Below are positions 9,039 through 18,794 of a DNA stretch of 32,000 bases, piece by piece (position 1 is the first letter of the stretch; each line of letters opens with the position of its first letter). The translations under genes were made by a program, and so were the position numbers. The notes beneath the pieces were generated by a model that searched no databases, had not been told where the DNA came from, and saw only the letters and a program-made list of their open reading frames with translations. Origin of the DNA: an uncultured Chitinophaga sp. (lineage in GTDB: Bacteria > Bacteroidota > Bacteroidia > NS11-12g > UBA955); the NCBI GenBank assembly GCA_964505065.1, contig CAZDGF010000021.1:16441-48440 (forward strand), read 5' to 3'.

Positions 9039-10411
9039 ACGTATTAATAATTGGCGGTGGCTTTTGCGGAATGGCAGCAGCTCACACACTTGTACAACAA
9101 TGGGTAAAAACTACTATTGTAGAGGCTTCAAATGAATTAGGCGGGCTTTCTCGCACCATTCATTTTGAGGGTAGTAATTTTGAATTAGGGCCACATATTT
9201 ATTTTGATAAAGATGCCGATGTTACAGCCTATTGGCAAGCTTTGGTTGGCGATAAAATGAAGCCTTATTTGCGTAACAATCGTTTGTATTATAATGGTAA
9301 ATTTATAAAATCACCCCTTAATGTTTGGGATTGTATTTTAAAATTAGGTTTTATAAAAATCACCAAAGTTTTTATTAGTTATTTTAAAGCTAAATTATTA
9401 AAAAATAAACAACTAAATAATGCTGAAGATTGGGTAATCAGTAATTTTGGAAAACAATTGTACCTTATGTTTTTTAAAGTTTACAATGAAAAAATATGGG
9501 GCTTAAAATCAAGTGAAATTGCACCAAATTGGGCAGGGCAAAGAATAAAAACATCTTTGTTTAAAATGATTTTTAAATCTGTAGCTCGTAATAAAGATTT
9601 TATCATTAAAACATTTGATTTTCCCGATGGTGGCTCTCATTCAATCATACAAGCAGAACAGGCTTTTTTGCAAAAAAATAATGCAGAAATATTAACCAAT
9701 ACTTTTGTAAAAAAAATTGAATATAATACACATGGTTTTAGTGTGCAATTAAGCGATAATTCTATACGTCAATTTACGCATGTTATTTCTACCATACATT
9801 TAAGCGATTTATTTGCTATTTTAAATTATCAAAATAAACAAAATGAATTAATTAACACGCAGTTAAATGCATTGCTTTATAGAAATTTAGTATTGGTGAA
9901 TTTAATTTTTAAAACATCTGAAATAGCTACTTTTAAAGAGCATTGGATAGATATTCACGATGAGGATATTCAATGTTTAAGGGTTACTAATTTTGGCAAT
10001 TACCCAACATTAAATTTTACTAAAGAATATACTTGTATAGGTTTAGAATACAATTGTTTTTCAGAAGATAAAATCTGGAATATGAGTGATGCGGATATTA
10101 TAAATATTGCTATTCAAGATTTACAAAAACTGAAATTAAGTAGCCAATTACCTTTAAAAAGTGGTGTAGAAAAATTGCCAAAAGCATATCCTGTATATTA
10201 TAAAAACTATCAAAAAAATACTATTTTATTATTCAAAGAATTAGAGAAAATACCCTTGCTACAAGCCAGCGGACGCAATGGATTATATAAGTGGAACAAT
10301 ATGCACCACAGTGTAAAAACAGGTATTTTAGCAGCCAAAAATATTTTAGGCGAAAAACATAATTTAAATGAAGTAAAAGGAATGGTAACTATTGGCAAAG
10401 ATTCAGACTAA
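9020..10411 (+). CDS. FAD/NAD(P)-dependent oxidoreductase (amine-oxidase / UDP-galactopyranose-mutase-like superfamily)
   Basis: Rossmann motif 'VLIIGGGFCGMAAAHTL...VEASNELGG' and C-terminal 'GRNGLYKWNNMHHSVKTG'. The start is ATG 9020, or alternatively TTG 9035 (TTGA overlap). Confidence 0.75.
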   Translation: MEKRDLNVLIIGGGFCGMAAAHTLVQQWVKTTIVEASNELGGLSRTIHFEGSNFELGPHIYFDKDADVTAYWQALVGDKMKPYLRNNRLYYNGKFIKSPLNVWDCILKLGFIKITKVFISYFKAKLLKNKQLNNAEDWVISNFGKQLYLMFFKVYNEKIWGLKSSEIAPNWAGQRIKTSLFKMIFKSVARNKDFIIKTFDFPDGGSHSIIQAEQAFLQKNNAEILTNTFVKKIEYNTHGFSVQLSDNSIRQFTHVISTIHLSDLFAILNYQNKQNELINTQLNALLYRNLVLVNLIFKTSEIATFKEHWIDIHDEDIQCLRVTNFGNYPTLNFTKEYTCIGLEYNCFSEDKIWNMSDADIINIAIQDLQKLKLSSQLPLKSGVEKLPKAYPVYYKNYQKNTILLFKELEKIPLLQASGRNGLYKWNNMHHSVKTGILAAKNILGEKHNLNEVKGMVTIGKDSD

Positions 10412-10417
10412 ATAAAT

Positions 10418-11539
10418 ATGATAACATTTAACAAACCTTATTTAACAGGCAAAGAAACCAAGTATATAGCAGAGGCGGTAGTTTCTGGTAAAATAAGTGG
10501 TGATGGTATTTTTACTAAAAAATGTCATCATTTTTTTGAAACCAATTATGGTTTTAAAAAAGCATTATTAACTACTTCATGCACAGATGCTTTAGAAATG
10601 GCAGCTATATTAGCCAATATTCAACAAGGCGATGAAGTAATTATGCCATCTTATACTTTCGTTTCAACATCTAATGCCTTTGTGCTGCGTGGCGCTACTA
10701 TTCGTTTTGTAGATAGTATGCCAAATCATCCAAATATGGATGTGAGTTTAATAGAACCTTTAATTAATAATAAAACCAAAGCTATAGTGCCTGTACATTA
10801 TGCAGGGCATGCATGCGATATGGATGTAATTATGGCATTGGCTAACAAATATAATTTAATAGTTATAGAAGATGCAGCCCAAGCCATAGATAGTTTTTAC
10901 AAAGGTAAGCCATTAGGAAGTATTGGACACATGGCGGCTTTTTCATTTCATGAAACTAAAAATATCATTTCTGGTGAAGGTGGGATGCTAACCATTAATG
11001 ATGAAAAATATATTGATAGAGCTGAAATAATAAGGGAAAAAGGCACTAATAGAAGTCAATTTTTTAGAGGCGAGGTAGATAAATATGGTTGGGTAGATAT
11101 AGGGTCGTCTTTTTTACCAAGTGAAATTATAGCGGCTTTTTTATACGCTCAAATTGAGAATTTAAAAGATATTCAACAAAAACGATTAGCCTTATGGCAA
11201 GTTTATAATGATAACTTAAAAGATTGGGCAAGCGAGAATGGTATAGAGCTACCCAATATTTTAGATTATGGTACAAATAATGCCCATATGTATTATTTAA
11301 AATGCAAGAGTATAGCGCAACGTACTGCCTTTATTGAATATTTAAGAAGCAATGGTGTGTATGCTGTTTTTCATTATTTATCTTTGCATAAAAGCCCTTT
11401 TTATGAATATAAACACGATGGTAGAGAATTGCCAAATTGCGATAGTTATGCTGATTGTTTGGTACGCTTACCAATGTATTATGAGTTAACAGAAAATGAA
11501 GTATTGCAAATAGCTTCAGTTATAAAAGCTTTCCAATAA
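10418..11539 (+). CDS. wecE: dTDP-4-amino-4,6-dideoxygalactose transaminase (WecE/RffA-type, DegT family)
   Basis: Long colinear matches to E. coli WecE as I recall it: 'FNKPYLTGKE', 'GDEVIMPSYTFVSTSNAFVLRGA', 'FSFHETKN' (PLP Lys) and 'AEIIREKGTNRSQFFRGEVDKYGWVDIGSS'. Confidence 0.9.
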   Translation: MITFNKPYLTGKETKYIAEAVVSGKISGDGIFTKKCHHFFETNYGFKKALLTTSCTDALEMAAILANIQQGDEVIMPSYTFVSTSNAFVLRGATIRFVDSMPNHPNMDVSLIEPLINNKTKAIVPVHYAGHACDMDVIMALANKYNLIVIEDAAQAIDSFYKGKPLGSIGHMAAFSFHETKNIISGEGGMLTINDEKYIDRAEIIREKGTNRSQFFRGEVDKYGWVDIGSSFLPSEIIAAFLYAQIENLKDIQQKRLALWQVYNDNLKDWASENGIELPNILDYGTNNAHMYYLKCKSIAQRTAFIEYLRSNGVYAVFHYLSLHKSPFYEYKHDGRELPNCDSYADCLVRLPMYYELTENEVLQIASVIKAFQ

Positions 11540-11545
11540 AAATTA

Positions 11546-12730
11546 ATGTTGTTTTTTGCTTTCGATTTAGATAATTCTTTTATTGTAAATGAATTGTTAT
11601 ACTATGAAAAGGAAGGTATAAAGATAACAGTTGTTACTAAAAATAAAATTCCTAATGAACTTAAAAATTGCAACAATCTTACTTTTTTTAATCTTAAAGA
11701 AGGGATAATTTCAAAACGAAAATTAGTAATAGATAATTTTTTTTTAATTTTAAAATTAGTGTTTATTGAATTAAAACAAGTATTTAAAAATACATTGTAT
11801 ATCAAACTATTTAAACACGAATTAATGATTTTGCTTTCACAATTAGATTATGCCTTGCAGGTAAAAGAATATTGTAAAAATATGAATGAAACACCTCAAT
11901 TATACGCATATTGGTTTCACGATGAGGCTATAGTTTGCTCTTTTTTAGTAGAGTTAAAAGTGGCTAAAATGTATGTAAGTAGGGCACATGCGTTTGATAT
12001 TTATGAAGAAGAAAGACAATATGGTATTATGCCTTATGTGCATTTTAAATTAAAAAATGCTAAAAGAATATTAACAGTTTCGCAAATGGGTGCAAATTAT
12101 TTTATCCAAAAATATCCTCAATATCGGTCTAAATTTATAGTATCTTATTTGGGTACAAGTAAAAGAGACGAGGCTTTAAATCCTGTTAATTTAAGCAATA
12201 AAATTAAAATTGTTTCTTGCGGCTCTATACAATTTAGAAAACGCATTAACTTAATTTATAATGTATTAAAACAAGTGCCAAATGTAGAATGGACTCATAT
12301 TGGAGATGGACCACAAAAAGAATTATTTTTTCAAAATATTTCGATTGATACACCAATAAAAGTTAATTTTTTAGGGAATTTAAAAAATGAAGATGTTAAA
12401 AAAATATATTCAGAAAATGCCTTTGATTTTTTTATTAGTTTAAGCGAGAACGAAGGCATCCCTGTTTCTATTATGGAAGCTATAAGCTATGGCATACCTG
12501 TAATATCAACAAATGCAGGCGGGTGTTCTGAAATAATAAATAAAAAAACGGGTGTTCTAATTCCTGTAAATTTTAATGAAAATGAATTGGTACAAATGAT
12601 AACAAACATTAAAAATACTGATTTTAATACCGTAGAAAAAAGAAAGATGATTGCTCAATTTTGGCAAGCAAATTTTTATGCAACTACAAACTATAAAAAC
12701 TTTTTAAACACTATAAATGCTATTTCTTAA
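11546..12730 (+). CDS. GT4 (group 1) glycosyltransferase
   Basis: 'SLSENEGIPVSIMEAISYGIPVISTNAGGCSEII' is the E-x7-E region. Confidence 0.8.
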   Translation: MLFFAFDLDNSFIVNELLYYEKEGIKITVVTKNKIPNELKNCNNLTFFNLKEGIISKRKLVIDNFFLILKLVFIELKQVFKNTLYIKLFKHELMILLSQLDYALQVKEYCKNMNETPQLYAYWFHDEAIVCSFLVELKVAKMYVSRAHAFDIYEEERQYGIMPYVHFKLKNAKRILTVSQMGANYFIQKYPQYRSKFIVSYLGTSKRDEALNPVNLSNKIKIVSCGSIQFRKRINLIYNVLKQVPNVEWTHIGDGPQKELFFQNISIDTPIKVNFLGNLKNEDVKKIYSENAFDFFISLSENEGIPVSIMEAISYGIPVISTNAGGCSEIINKKTGVLIPVNFNENELVQMITNIKNTDFNTVEKRKMIAQFWQANFYATTNYKNFLNTINAIS

Positions 12731-14624
12731 ATTATTATTTGGCGTATTACTTTGCTTGGCTATTAGCTGGCTTTTTTCTTGGCTATTTTTTTGGCGAAAA
12801 GATGTAAAAAGCTTTCAAAATATAATTGTTCGTTTTATTCTTGGCTCTTTTAATGGAGTAGCTGTTTATGCCATTATAGCTGCTAAATTTCATACAGTAT
12901 TTGCACTTGCTATTCCCTTACTTTTTTCAATCGGTTATTTGCTAAATAAGCAAACTTTTGAAACTACTTCAATTAAAAAACATCAAATATTTGCATTTAT
13001 TATATTTTTGTTTGTAGCTATTTGCTTTGGATTTTTAAATGTGTATGGCATAGATTTTAATGGGCTTAAGGTACCAATTAACGACCAATCTTATTACACA
13101 AGCGTAGCCAATTGTACAACGCATTTTTCTTCAGAATCTTCAATTGCATATCTTAATCAATTTTATAATTTTGAAAAAACTATAATTCTTTACCATTACT
13201 ATGAATATTGGTTTACATCATTTATTTACCAAATAACACATTTCAATGTTCACTTTATTTTAAATGGTATTATTACATCTTTCAGTTTATTTTCCATTTT
13301 TACTGCTTGCTATTTACTGCTCAATAGTTTTACAAATAAGTACCATTGGTTGTTAGTAATTGCTTCTATTTTATGCCTTTTTTTAAGAGGAATTAACCAT
13401 TACTTTCCAAATAGTGAATTAGATTTTATTCAGGCTACTGATAGTATATTATTTGATGGCAATCAAAAATTAGTATATCCATTGCCGTTTTTTATTCTAG
13501 GTATATATTTTGTTTTTACATTTGCTCAAAAACAATTAGGGTTATTGGTATTAATGCTCTTGCCAATATTAAATATTGTTTTTTCGCCATCTATATATGG
13601 GGCTTTTGCCTTTTATTTTAGTGTAGTAATTTGTCTAAGTTTTAAATCTATTCTTACTCAACTTAAAGAACATTTATTGTTTATTATAAATGCTATTTTA
13701 TTTATAATTTTATTAGCAATATTTATCAAATATTCTTCAATGAATTTAGGAAAAGAAGGCTTTGTAACAAGTATTGGAGGTATTTTAAGCAATATTTTTA
13801 GAAACTTAAAACTTTGGTTTTTTTTACAATTACCTTTATTATGTGCTATTTGTTATTTTATATATGTATCTAAAAACAAACACCACATCTATATTTTAGC
13901 ATTGCTTTTAGGTATAGTATTTTCTGGTGCTTTAGGTTACGCAATTTTAGATAACAATCAAAACGCTTGGCAAATGTTTGCTTGTGCCAGTAGGTTATCT
14001 GTTATAGGTTTATTTTTGTTTTTAATTCATCTTTCAAAAAAGAATTTAAAATATTTTTTTATAATTGTAAGTTTAGTTTCTATTTTGTCATTGCTAATGT
14101 TTTTAGAAAATTATAGCACTATTTCACATTTGCCGCTTAAAAAAATATCGTCATATTCTTCAACTTATATACAAGAAATTAGTAAACTAAAATTTAAAAA
14201 TAAAGTGGGTATTAAATATGTAAATGCTGCTACTCGCCCCAACTTGCAACGCAATCCTGTATATGCAGGCATTGTTAATTATTTTTGTTTAACAGAAAAT
14301 GCGTATTCTACGGTTGTTATGAATGTTCAAGATTTAATGCTAATGCCAAAAGATACAATAGTTAATTTTGAAGTTTTAAAAAACAATGCTATTGTCAAAG
14401 AAATCATTACATTTTCACCATTTTTATCTGCCAATAAAATGGGTAATTCATCATATAATATAAAATCATTAGAAGATGAACAAGAAAAATTTATACGAAA
14501 ATATTTGCCAGAGTTTTGTATTTTAGAAAATGGCATACAATTGCCTGAAAATATAAAAAAATATGTAAGCAAAAGCTTATACGATAAGGGAACAAAGGAA
14601 CAATTTTTATTATTAAAGTATTAG
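12717..14624 (+). CDS. Polytopic membrane protein (about 12-14 TM plus a roughly 170-aa C-terminal soluble domain). No family recognised; candidate polymerase or GT-C-like transferase
   Basis: Hydrophobic segments run continuously to about aa 465, followed by a hydrophilic tail. The loop 'PINDQSYYTSVA' faintly recalls the DE..Y..A loop motif of GT-C enzymes. It overlaps the upstream gene by 14 nt. Confidence 0.4.
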   Translation: MLFLKLLFGVLLCLAISWLFSWLFFWRKDVKSFQNIIVRFILGSFNGVAVYAIIAAKFHTVFALAIPLLFSIGYLLNKQTFETTSIKKHQIFAFIIFLFVAICFGFLNVYGIDFNGLKVPINDQSYYTSVANCTTHFSSESSIAYLNQFYNFEKTIILYHYYEYWFTSFIYQITHFNVHFILNGIITSFSLFSIFTACYLLLNSFTNKYHWLLVIASILCLFLRGINHYFPNSELDFIQATDSILFDGNQKLVYPLPFFILGIYFVFTFAQKQLGLLVLMLLPILNIVFSPSIYGAFAFYFSVVICLSFKSILTQLKEHLLFIINAILFIILLAIFIKYSSMNLGKEGFVTSIGGILSNIFRNLKLWFFLQLPLLCAICYFIYVSKNKHHIYILALLLGIVFSGALGYAILDNNQNAWQMFACASRLSVIGLFLFLIHLSKKNLKYFFIIVSLVSILSLLMFLENYSTISHLPLKKISSYSSTYIQEISKLKFKNKVGIKYVNAATRPNLQRNPVYAGIVNYFCLTENAYSTVVMNVQDLMLMPKDTIVNFEVLKNNAIVKEIITFSPFLSANKMGNSSYNIKSLEDEQEKFIRKYLPEFCILENGIQLPENIKKYVSKSLYDKGTKEQFLLLKY

Positions 14625-14625
14625 T

Positions 14626-15987
14626 TTGCTAAAGATTTTTTTTATAGTTCAAATTTATTATTTAAAAACATTGTTTATTGCTAAAAATAGACAATCTAAT
14701 TTTGCATTGGCTACTGAAAGTTTATTAGCTAATACCACAAGTATTTACAGGCTTTCAGCCATAGAAAAAGACAAGCCACATATTAGCTTAAAAGTAGCAT
14801 TAAGAATTTTAAAAAGATTGTTTTCAACTACGATTAAATCATATCAAAATAAAAGTGGAACATTGGTAATTTTAGATGAAGTAAATACCAAAGAAAATGA
14901 AAAAAGAATTGGTTTTATAGAAAAAATTATACATCAAAAAATTCATACATTCTTATGTAAGGAAGAATTGGTGCAATATGCTTTGTCTCCTGCATTAAAA
15001 TTATTAATTCTCGTATATTTATTCTTCAATCTTTTATGGTTGTTTCCTTTATGTTTTATAAGTAAAAAGCGTATGCACTATGCGCAATATTTATACTTTA
15101 TGACTGAAAGTTTTTTAAGTATCTACTTCACAATAAAAAGTAAGTGTAAAAAGGTGGTAATGTCATGTATTTATAGTCAAGACAGTAATATTAATTATCT
15201 ATTATTTAAACACTTTAATATTGAGGTTATTAAAAATCCAAGTGAAGATGCTTTGGCTTTTGACAACCAACTATTATTAACAGATGGATTAATCGTTTGC
15301 AATCCATACCAAATAGAAGAAATAACAGATTTAAAATATGTAAAAGTTAAATACTTAATTCATGGTATTGCAGAGCAATCTCTTGATTATTACACCAAAT
15401 ACGAAAAATATTGTCCTTCAGAATCTCATGTAATTGGCTATTATTCGTCTGGCTCTTGGCTTAGAAAACAACAAAATATGAATTACACACACCAAGGAAT
15501 TGATTGTGCTGCTCAAGAAGAATATTTATTGTTAGAGTTAAAACAATTTATATTGCAAAATTCAAAAGTTAAACTCCGTATTTTTTTGCATCCAGTTGAA
15601 AAAAGGAATAAAGAAACTATAAATAAAGTTACTAATTACATTGCATCTATTTTAGAAAATGTTAATTATGATTTTGCAAGTTTTAATACAGCTACTTGCT
15701 TAAATTTTGAAGCTTGTAATGTTGCTATATCTTTGTTCTCTGGCTCAAGTATGTACCGTTTAAATTTTGGATATAAAAGTTTGTTTTATGTGCCCCAGGA
15801 TAGCTTTGCTTATTTCCCTTTTTTAAATTCAAGTTTAAATAAAATAAATTTAGGTAAGCAGCCTTTTAATGATTTTCTTTTAGAAGTTTTAGAATTGAAA
15901 GAGCAGGAATTCTTCAATAAATACCAATTAGAAAAATATTTATTTAACAATCAAATGGCCATATTAGGGCAGCAGCAAGCGGCATAA
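14626..15987 (+). CDS. Hypothetical protein with one TM segment; no family recognised (candidate GT-B-like or NulO transferase)
   Basis: The ORF begins 1 nt after the upstream stop. There is no ATG for 149 codons, so a TTG start is used. TM segment 'LKLLILVYLFFNLLWLFPLCFI'. 'VKLRIFLHPVEKR' is reminiscent of the HP motif of bacterial sialyltransferases and capsule GT-B enzymes, but no clear D/E-D/E-G motif is present. Confidence 0.35.
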   Translation: MLKIFFIVQIYYLKTLFIAKNRQSNFALATESLLANTTSIYRLSAIEKDKPHISLKVALRILKRLFSTTIKSYQNKSGTLVILDEVNTKENEKRIGFIEKIIHQKIHTFLCKEELVQYALSPALKLLILVYLFFNLLWLFPLCFISKKRMHYAQYLYFMTESFLSIYFTIKSKCKKVVMSCIYSQDSNINYLLFKHFNIEVIKNPSEDALAFDNQLLLTDGLIVCNPYQIEEITDLKYVKVKYLIHGIAEQSLDYYTKYEKYCPSESHVIGYYSSGSWLRKQQNMNYTHQGIDCAAQEEYLLLELKQFILQNSKVKLRIFLHPVEKRNKETINKVTNYIASILENVNYDFASFNTATCLNFEACNVAISLFSGSSMYRLNFGYKSLFYVPQDSFAYFPFLNSSLNKINLGKQPFNDFLLEVLELKEQEFFNKYQLEKYLFNNQMAILGQQQAA

Positions 15988-15992
15988 TTACT

Positions 15993-17780
15993 ATGTGTGG
16001 ATTATTAGTATATTATCAAAAAAATGGCATAACAGAAAGTGAAATGCAGGAAATTCAATTATCCTTGCAAACCATTAACCACCGAGGACCGGATGGCGAA
16101 GGTATTACACTTGTAGATTCCAAAAATGGCAAGCTAACATCCTATCACCCAACAATTGAAAATATAGCTGGATATGATTTGGTATTGGCACATAAGCGTC
16201 TTTCCATCTTTGATTTAAGTGCTGCTGCTGCTCAACCAATGATAAGTAACAATGATGGTGTAATTGTTGTATTTAATGGTGAAATTTATAATTTTATTGA
16301 ATTAAAAAATGAATTATTGCAACTAGGACATACTTTTTCTACAAATTCTGATACCGAAGTAATTATAAAAAGTTATAAAGCATGGGGAACGCATTGTATT
16401 AAAAAATTTAACGGTATGTGGGCATTCATATTGTACGATTTGAATACTAAAAAATTATTTGTGTCTCGCGATAGATTTGGTATTAAACCCTTAAATTATC
16501 ACTGTTTTAATGCTAATAATTGGGTTTTTTTTTCAGAAGAAAAACAGTTGTTTCCGTTTAAGAGATATAAGAAAACTATAAATAAGAAAGCAGTAGAAAT
16601 TCTACTTAAGCATAATTTGGCAGGCACTAACAACGAAACTTTTTACCAGGATATATATAAGTATCAAAATGGACATTTTAGTTATGCAAATATTGTAGAA
16701 TTTAGTCCAAAAGTATCTGAATCATATTTCGAAATAGTACCGAAAAATTACCAATACAATTATAAAAATAAGGAATTTGCAATAGATAAATTTAATAGTA
16801 TATTTAATCAAAGTATGGATTATACTTTAAGAGCCGATGTGCCTGTAGGACTTGGTTTCTCTGGTGGTGTAGATTCTTCAAGAATTGTGTATGAATGTTA
16901 CCAAAATTTTCAAAAACCTGAAACATTTTCTGCTGTTTTTCCTAATAAAAAAGAAGATGAATCATATTTTATTAATTTGGTAAAAGAAGATTTAAACTTA
17001 AAAAGTAATTTTTGTTTTCCTGAAAATGAATTTTCGGAAGACGATTTTCGGAAATTGACATTTCATTTAGATGCACCCGTACCTTCTCTTTCTTATTATG
17101 CCCAATGGTGTGTTTCCAGATTAGTGAACCAAAAAAACATAAAAGTATTGCTTGTTGGGCAAGGAGCAGATGAGGTTTTTGCGGGTTATCATCATCATTT
17201 TTACAGATATTTACGGTCTTTAATTTTTAGTTTTAAATTCAAAACATTTTATAAAGAAATAAATGCTTACACTACTTTAAAAAGCTTTTCAGTAAAGGAT
17301 TTGAAAGCAATAGTATGGAGCGAAATAAAACTATATATCAAACTTAAATTGAAATTTAAAACAGATATACAATCTAAAATGTATTTAAGCAGTAGTTTAT
17401 ATCAATTTTTAAAAGATGAATTATTGATATTTCAAATGCCATTTTATTTACAAGCAGATGATAGAATAGGTATGGCTTTCAATTTTGAATCGCGCTATCC
17501 TTTTTTAGACCACGAATTGGTAGATTTTGGTTTTCAATGTTCAGATGATTTAAAAATTCAAAATGGATGGCAAAAATGGATAATTCGCCAATCAAATAGT
17601 AGTGCGCCAAGCGAAATATCTTGGCGAAAAGATAAGGTGGGTTATGTAATGCCTAACAATCAATATAATTTTAAGGAAGAGGAAGCAAAGCAATTTTTAA
17701 TTAAACATTTTGGTTTGGCATCTGCTAAGTCTTTCTTAAATTATTCAGTTTATACTTGGGCAAAACAATATATTGAATGA
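15993..17780 (+). CDS. Asparagine synthase (glutamine-hydrolysing)-type amidotransferase, paralog 2
   Basis: Ntn Cys2 ('MCGLL'), 'HRGPDGEG', 'NGEIYNF', 'SDTEVI', 'GMWAF', 'RDRFGIKPL' and PP-loop 'FSGGVDSS'. Confidence 0.9.
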   Translation: MCGLLVYYQKNGITESEMQEIQLSLQTINHRGPDGEGITLVDSKNGKLTSYHPTIENIAGYDLVLAHKRLSIFDLSAAAAQPMISNNDGVIVVFNGEIYNFIELKNELLQLGHTFSTNSDTEVIIKSYKAWGTHCIKKFNGMWAFILYDLNTKKLFVSRDRFGIKPLNYHCFNANNWVFFSEEKQLFPFKRYKKTINKKAVEILLKHNLAGTNNETFYQDIYKYQNGHFSYANIVEFSPKVSESYFEIVPKNYQYNYKNKEFAIDKFNSIFNQSMDYTLRADVPVGLGFSGGVDSSRIVYECYQNFQKPETFSAVFPNKKEDESYFINLVKEDLNLKSNFCFPENEFSEDDFRKLTFHLDAPVPSLSYYAQWCVSRLVNQKNIKVLLVGQGADEVFAGYHHHFYRYLRSLIFSFKFKTFYKEINAYTTLKSFSVKDLKAIVWSEIKLYIKLKLKFKTDIQSKMYLSSSLYQFLKDELLIFQMPFYLQADDRIGMAFNFESRYPFLDHELVDFGFQCSDDLKIQNGWQKWIIRQSNSSAPSEISWRKDKVGYVMPNNQYNFKEEEAKQFLIKHFGLASAKSFLNYSVYTWAKQYIE

Positions 17781-18793
17781 AATTAGAAACCAAATATTTT
17801 AAGTATTTAGATTTTTTAAGAATGGTATCTATTCTCATTGTTCTATTTTCACATTGGATAAAGGAATGTGGTATTTTATTGCTTAAACCTTTGGGAGAAT
17901 ATGGGGTGTATGGTGTAAATTTATTTTTTGTTATTTCAGGGTTTTTAATTACGCGAAATTTAATTATTTCAAGTTATTCTAATTCACTCAAGAAAGTATT
18001 GTTATATTTCTTTAAAAATAGAATGCTTAGATTATTTCCTGCATATTATTTGTTACTTATTTTCTTATTTTTATCACAATATCTCTTTCACTTTTGGGTG
18101 GTGTATGATTACAGCCATTATCTTTGGTTTATTGCCTATATACCTAATTTCTTTTTTTATTACAATGGCTGGCCTTATCCAAGTATCAATCATATGTGGT
18201 CGCTTGCTGTGGAGGAACAATTTTATTTATTTTGGCCATTTGTTATTTATATATTTAAAAAATATTTAACACCAGTTTTTCTTGTTTTTATTGCATTTGG
18301 CTTTTATTTTATTACGTTATTTTACGATATGGATACAGCAAAATTATTTCCAATGGGTAATTTTAGTTATTTGGCTGGTGGTGCAATATTAGCTATTTAC
18401 GAACCACGTTTAAATATTAAAATATCTCTGTTGGGTATAGTTTTAGGTTGTTTAGTTTTACTATTTATACCTCTCCATTTTATCATTTTTGATTTAATAA
18501 TTGCCATTGTATTTGTATTGTTAGTGAACATTTTTTGCAAAGATTTTAAACCATATTTTGCTCAAATATTTGGCTATCAACCATTGTTATACATAGGTAA
18601 AATAAGTTACGGCATCTATCTTTATCATCGGTTTGTGCCACATTTTATTTATTCAATAATACATAAGTTAAATTTAAAAATAAATGACCAAATTATATTT
18701 ATTTCATTGTTTATAATTACATTCATTATATCACATTTATCATATAAATATTTTGAAAGTTATTTTTTAAAATTAAAAAAGCAAATACAATAA
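17777..18793 (+). CDS. Acyltransferase family 3 membrane O-acyltransferase, copy 1
   Basis: 'LDFLRMVSILIVLFSH', 'NLFFVISGFLI', 'WSLAVEEQFYLFWP' and about 10 TM segments. It has an ATGA overlap with the upstream gene. Confidence 0.85.
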   Translation: MKLETKYFKYLDFLRMVSILIVLFSHWIKECGILLLKPLGEYGVYGVNLFFVISGFLITRNLIISSYSNSLKKVLLYFFKNRMLRLFPAYYLLLIFLFLSQYLFHFWVVYDYSHYLWFIAYIPNFFFYYNGWPYPSINHMWSLAVEEQFYLFWPFVIYIFKKYLTPVFLVFIAFGFYFITLFYDMDTAKLFPMGNFSYLAGGAILAIYEPRLNIKISLLGIVLGCLVLLFIPLHFIIFDLIIAIVFVLLVNIFCKDFKPYFAQIFGYQPLLYIGKISYGIYLYHRFVPHFIYSIIHKLNLKINDQIIFISLFIITFIISHLSYKYFESYFLKLKKQIQ

Positions 18794-18794
18794 T

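Noticed and set aside
11737-11745. Homopolymer tracts as phase-variation switches (T9 at 11737..11745 in the GT4, T9 at 16525..16533 in AsnB2, A8 at 19799..19806 just after the neuC start, and several other A8/T8 runs)
   Set aside because: At roughly 70% AT, several 8-9 nt A or T runs are expected by chance in 32 kb. All are in frame, and a single sequence gives no evidence of length variation.
18740-18758. A 19-nt exact DNA match (TCATATAAATATTTTGAAA) between the 3' ends of the two acyltransferase_3 genes (second copy at 25797..25815), with about 38 nt of near-identity overall
   Set aside because: It encodes the shared C-terminal peptide SYKYFE(S/T)YFLKLK using the AT-rich codons favoured here. 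The rest of the two genes is clearly diverged at the DNA level, so this is probably constraint plus codon bias and not recent gene conversion.
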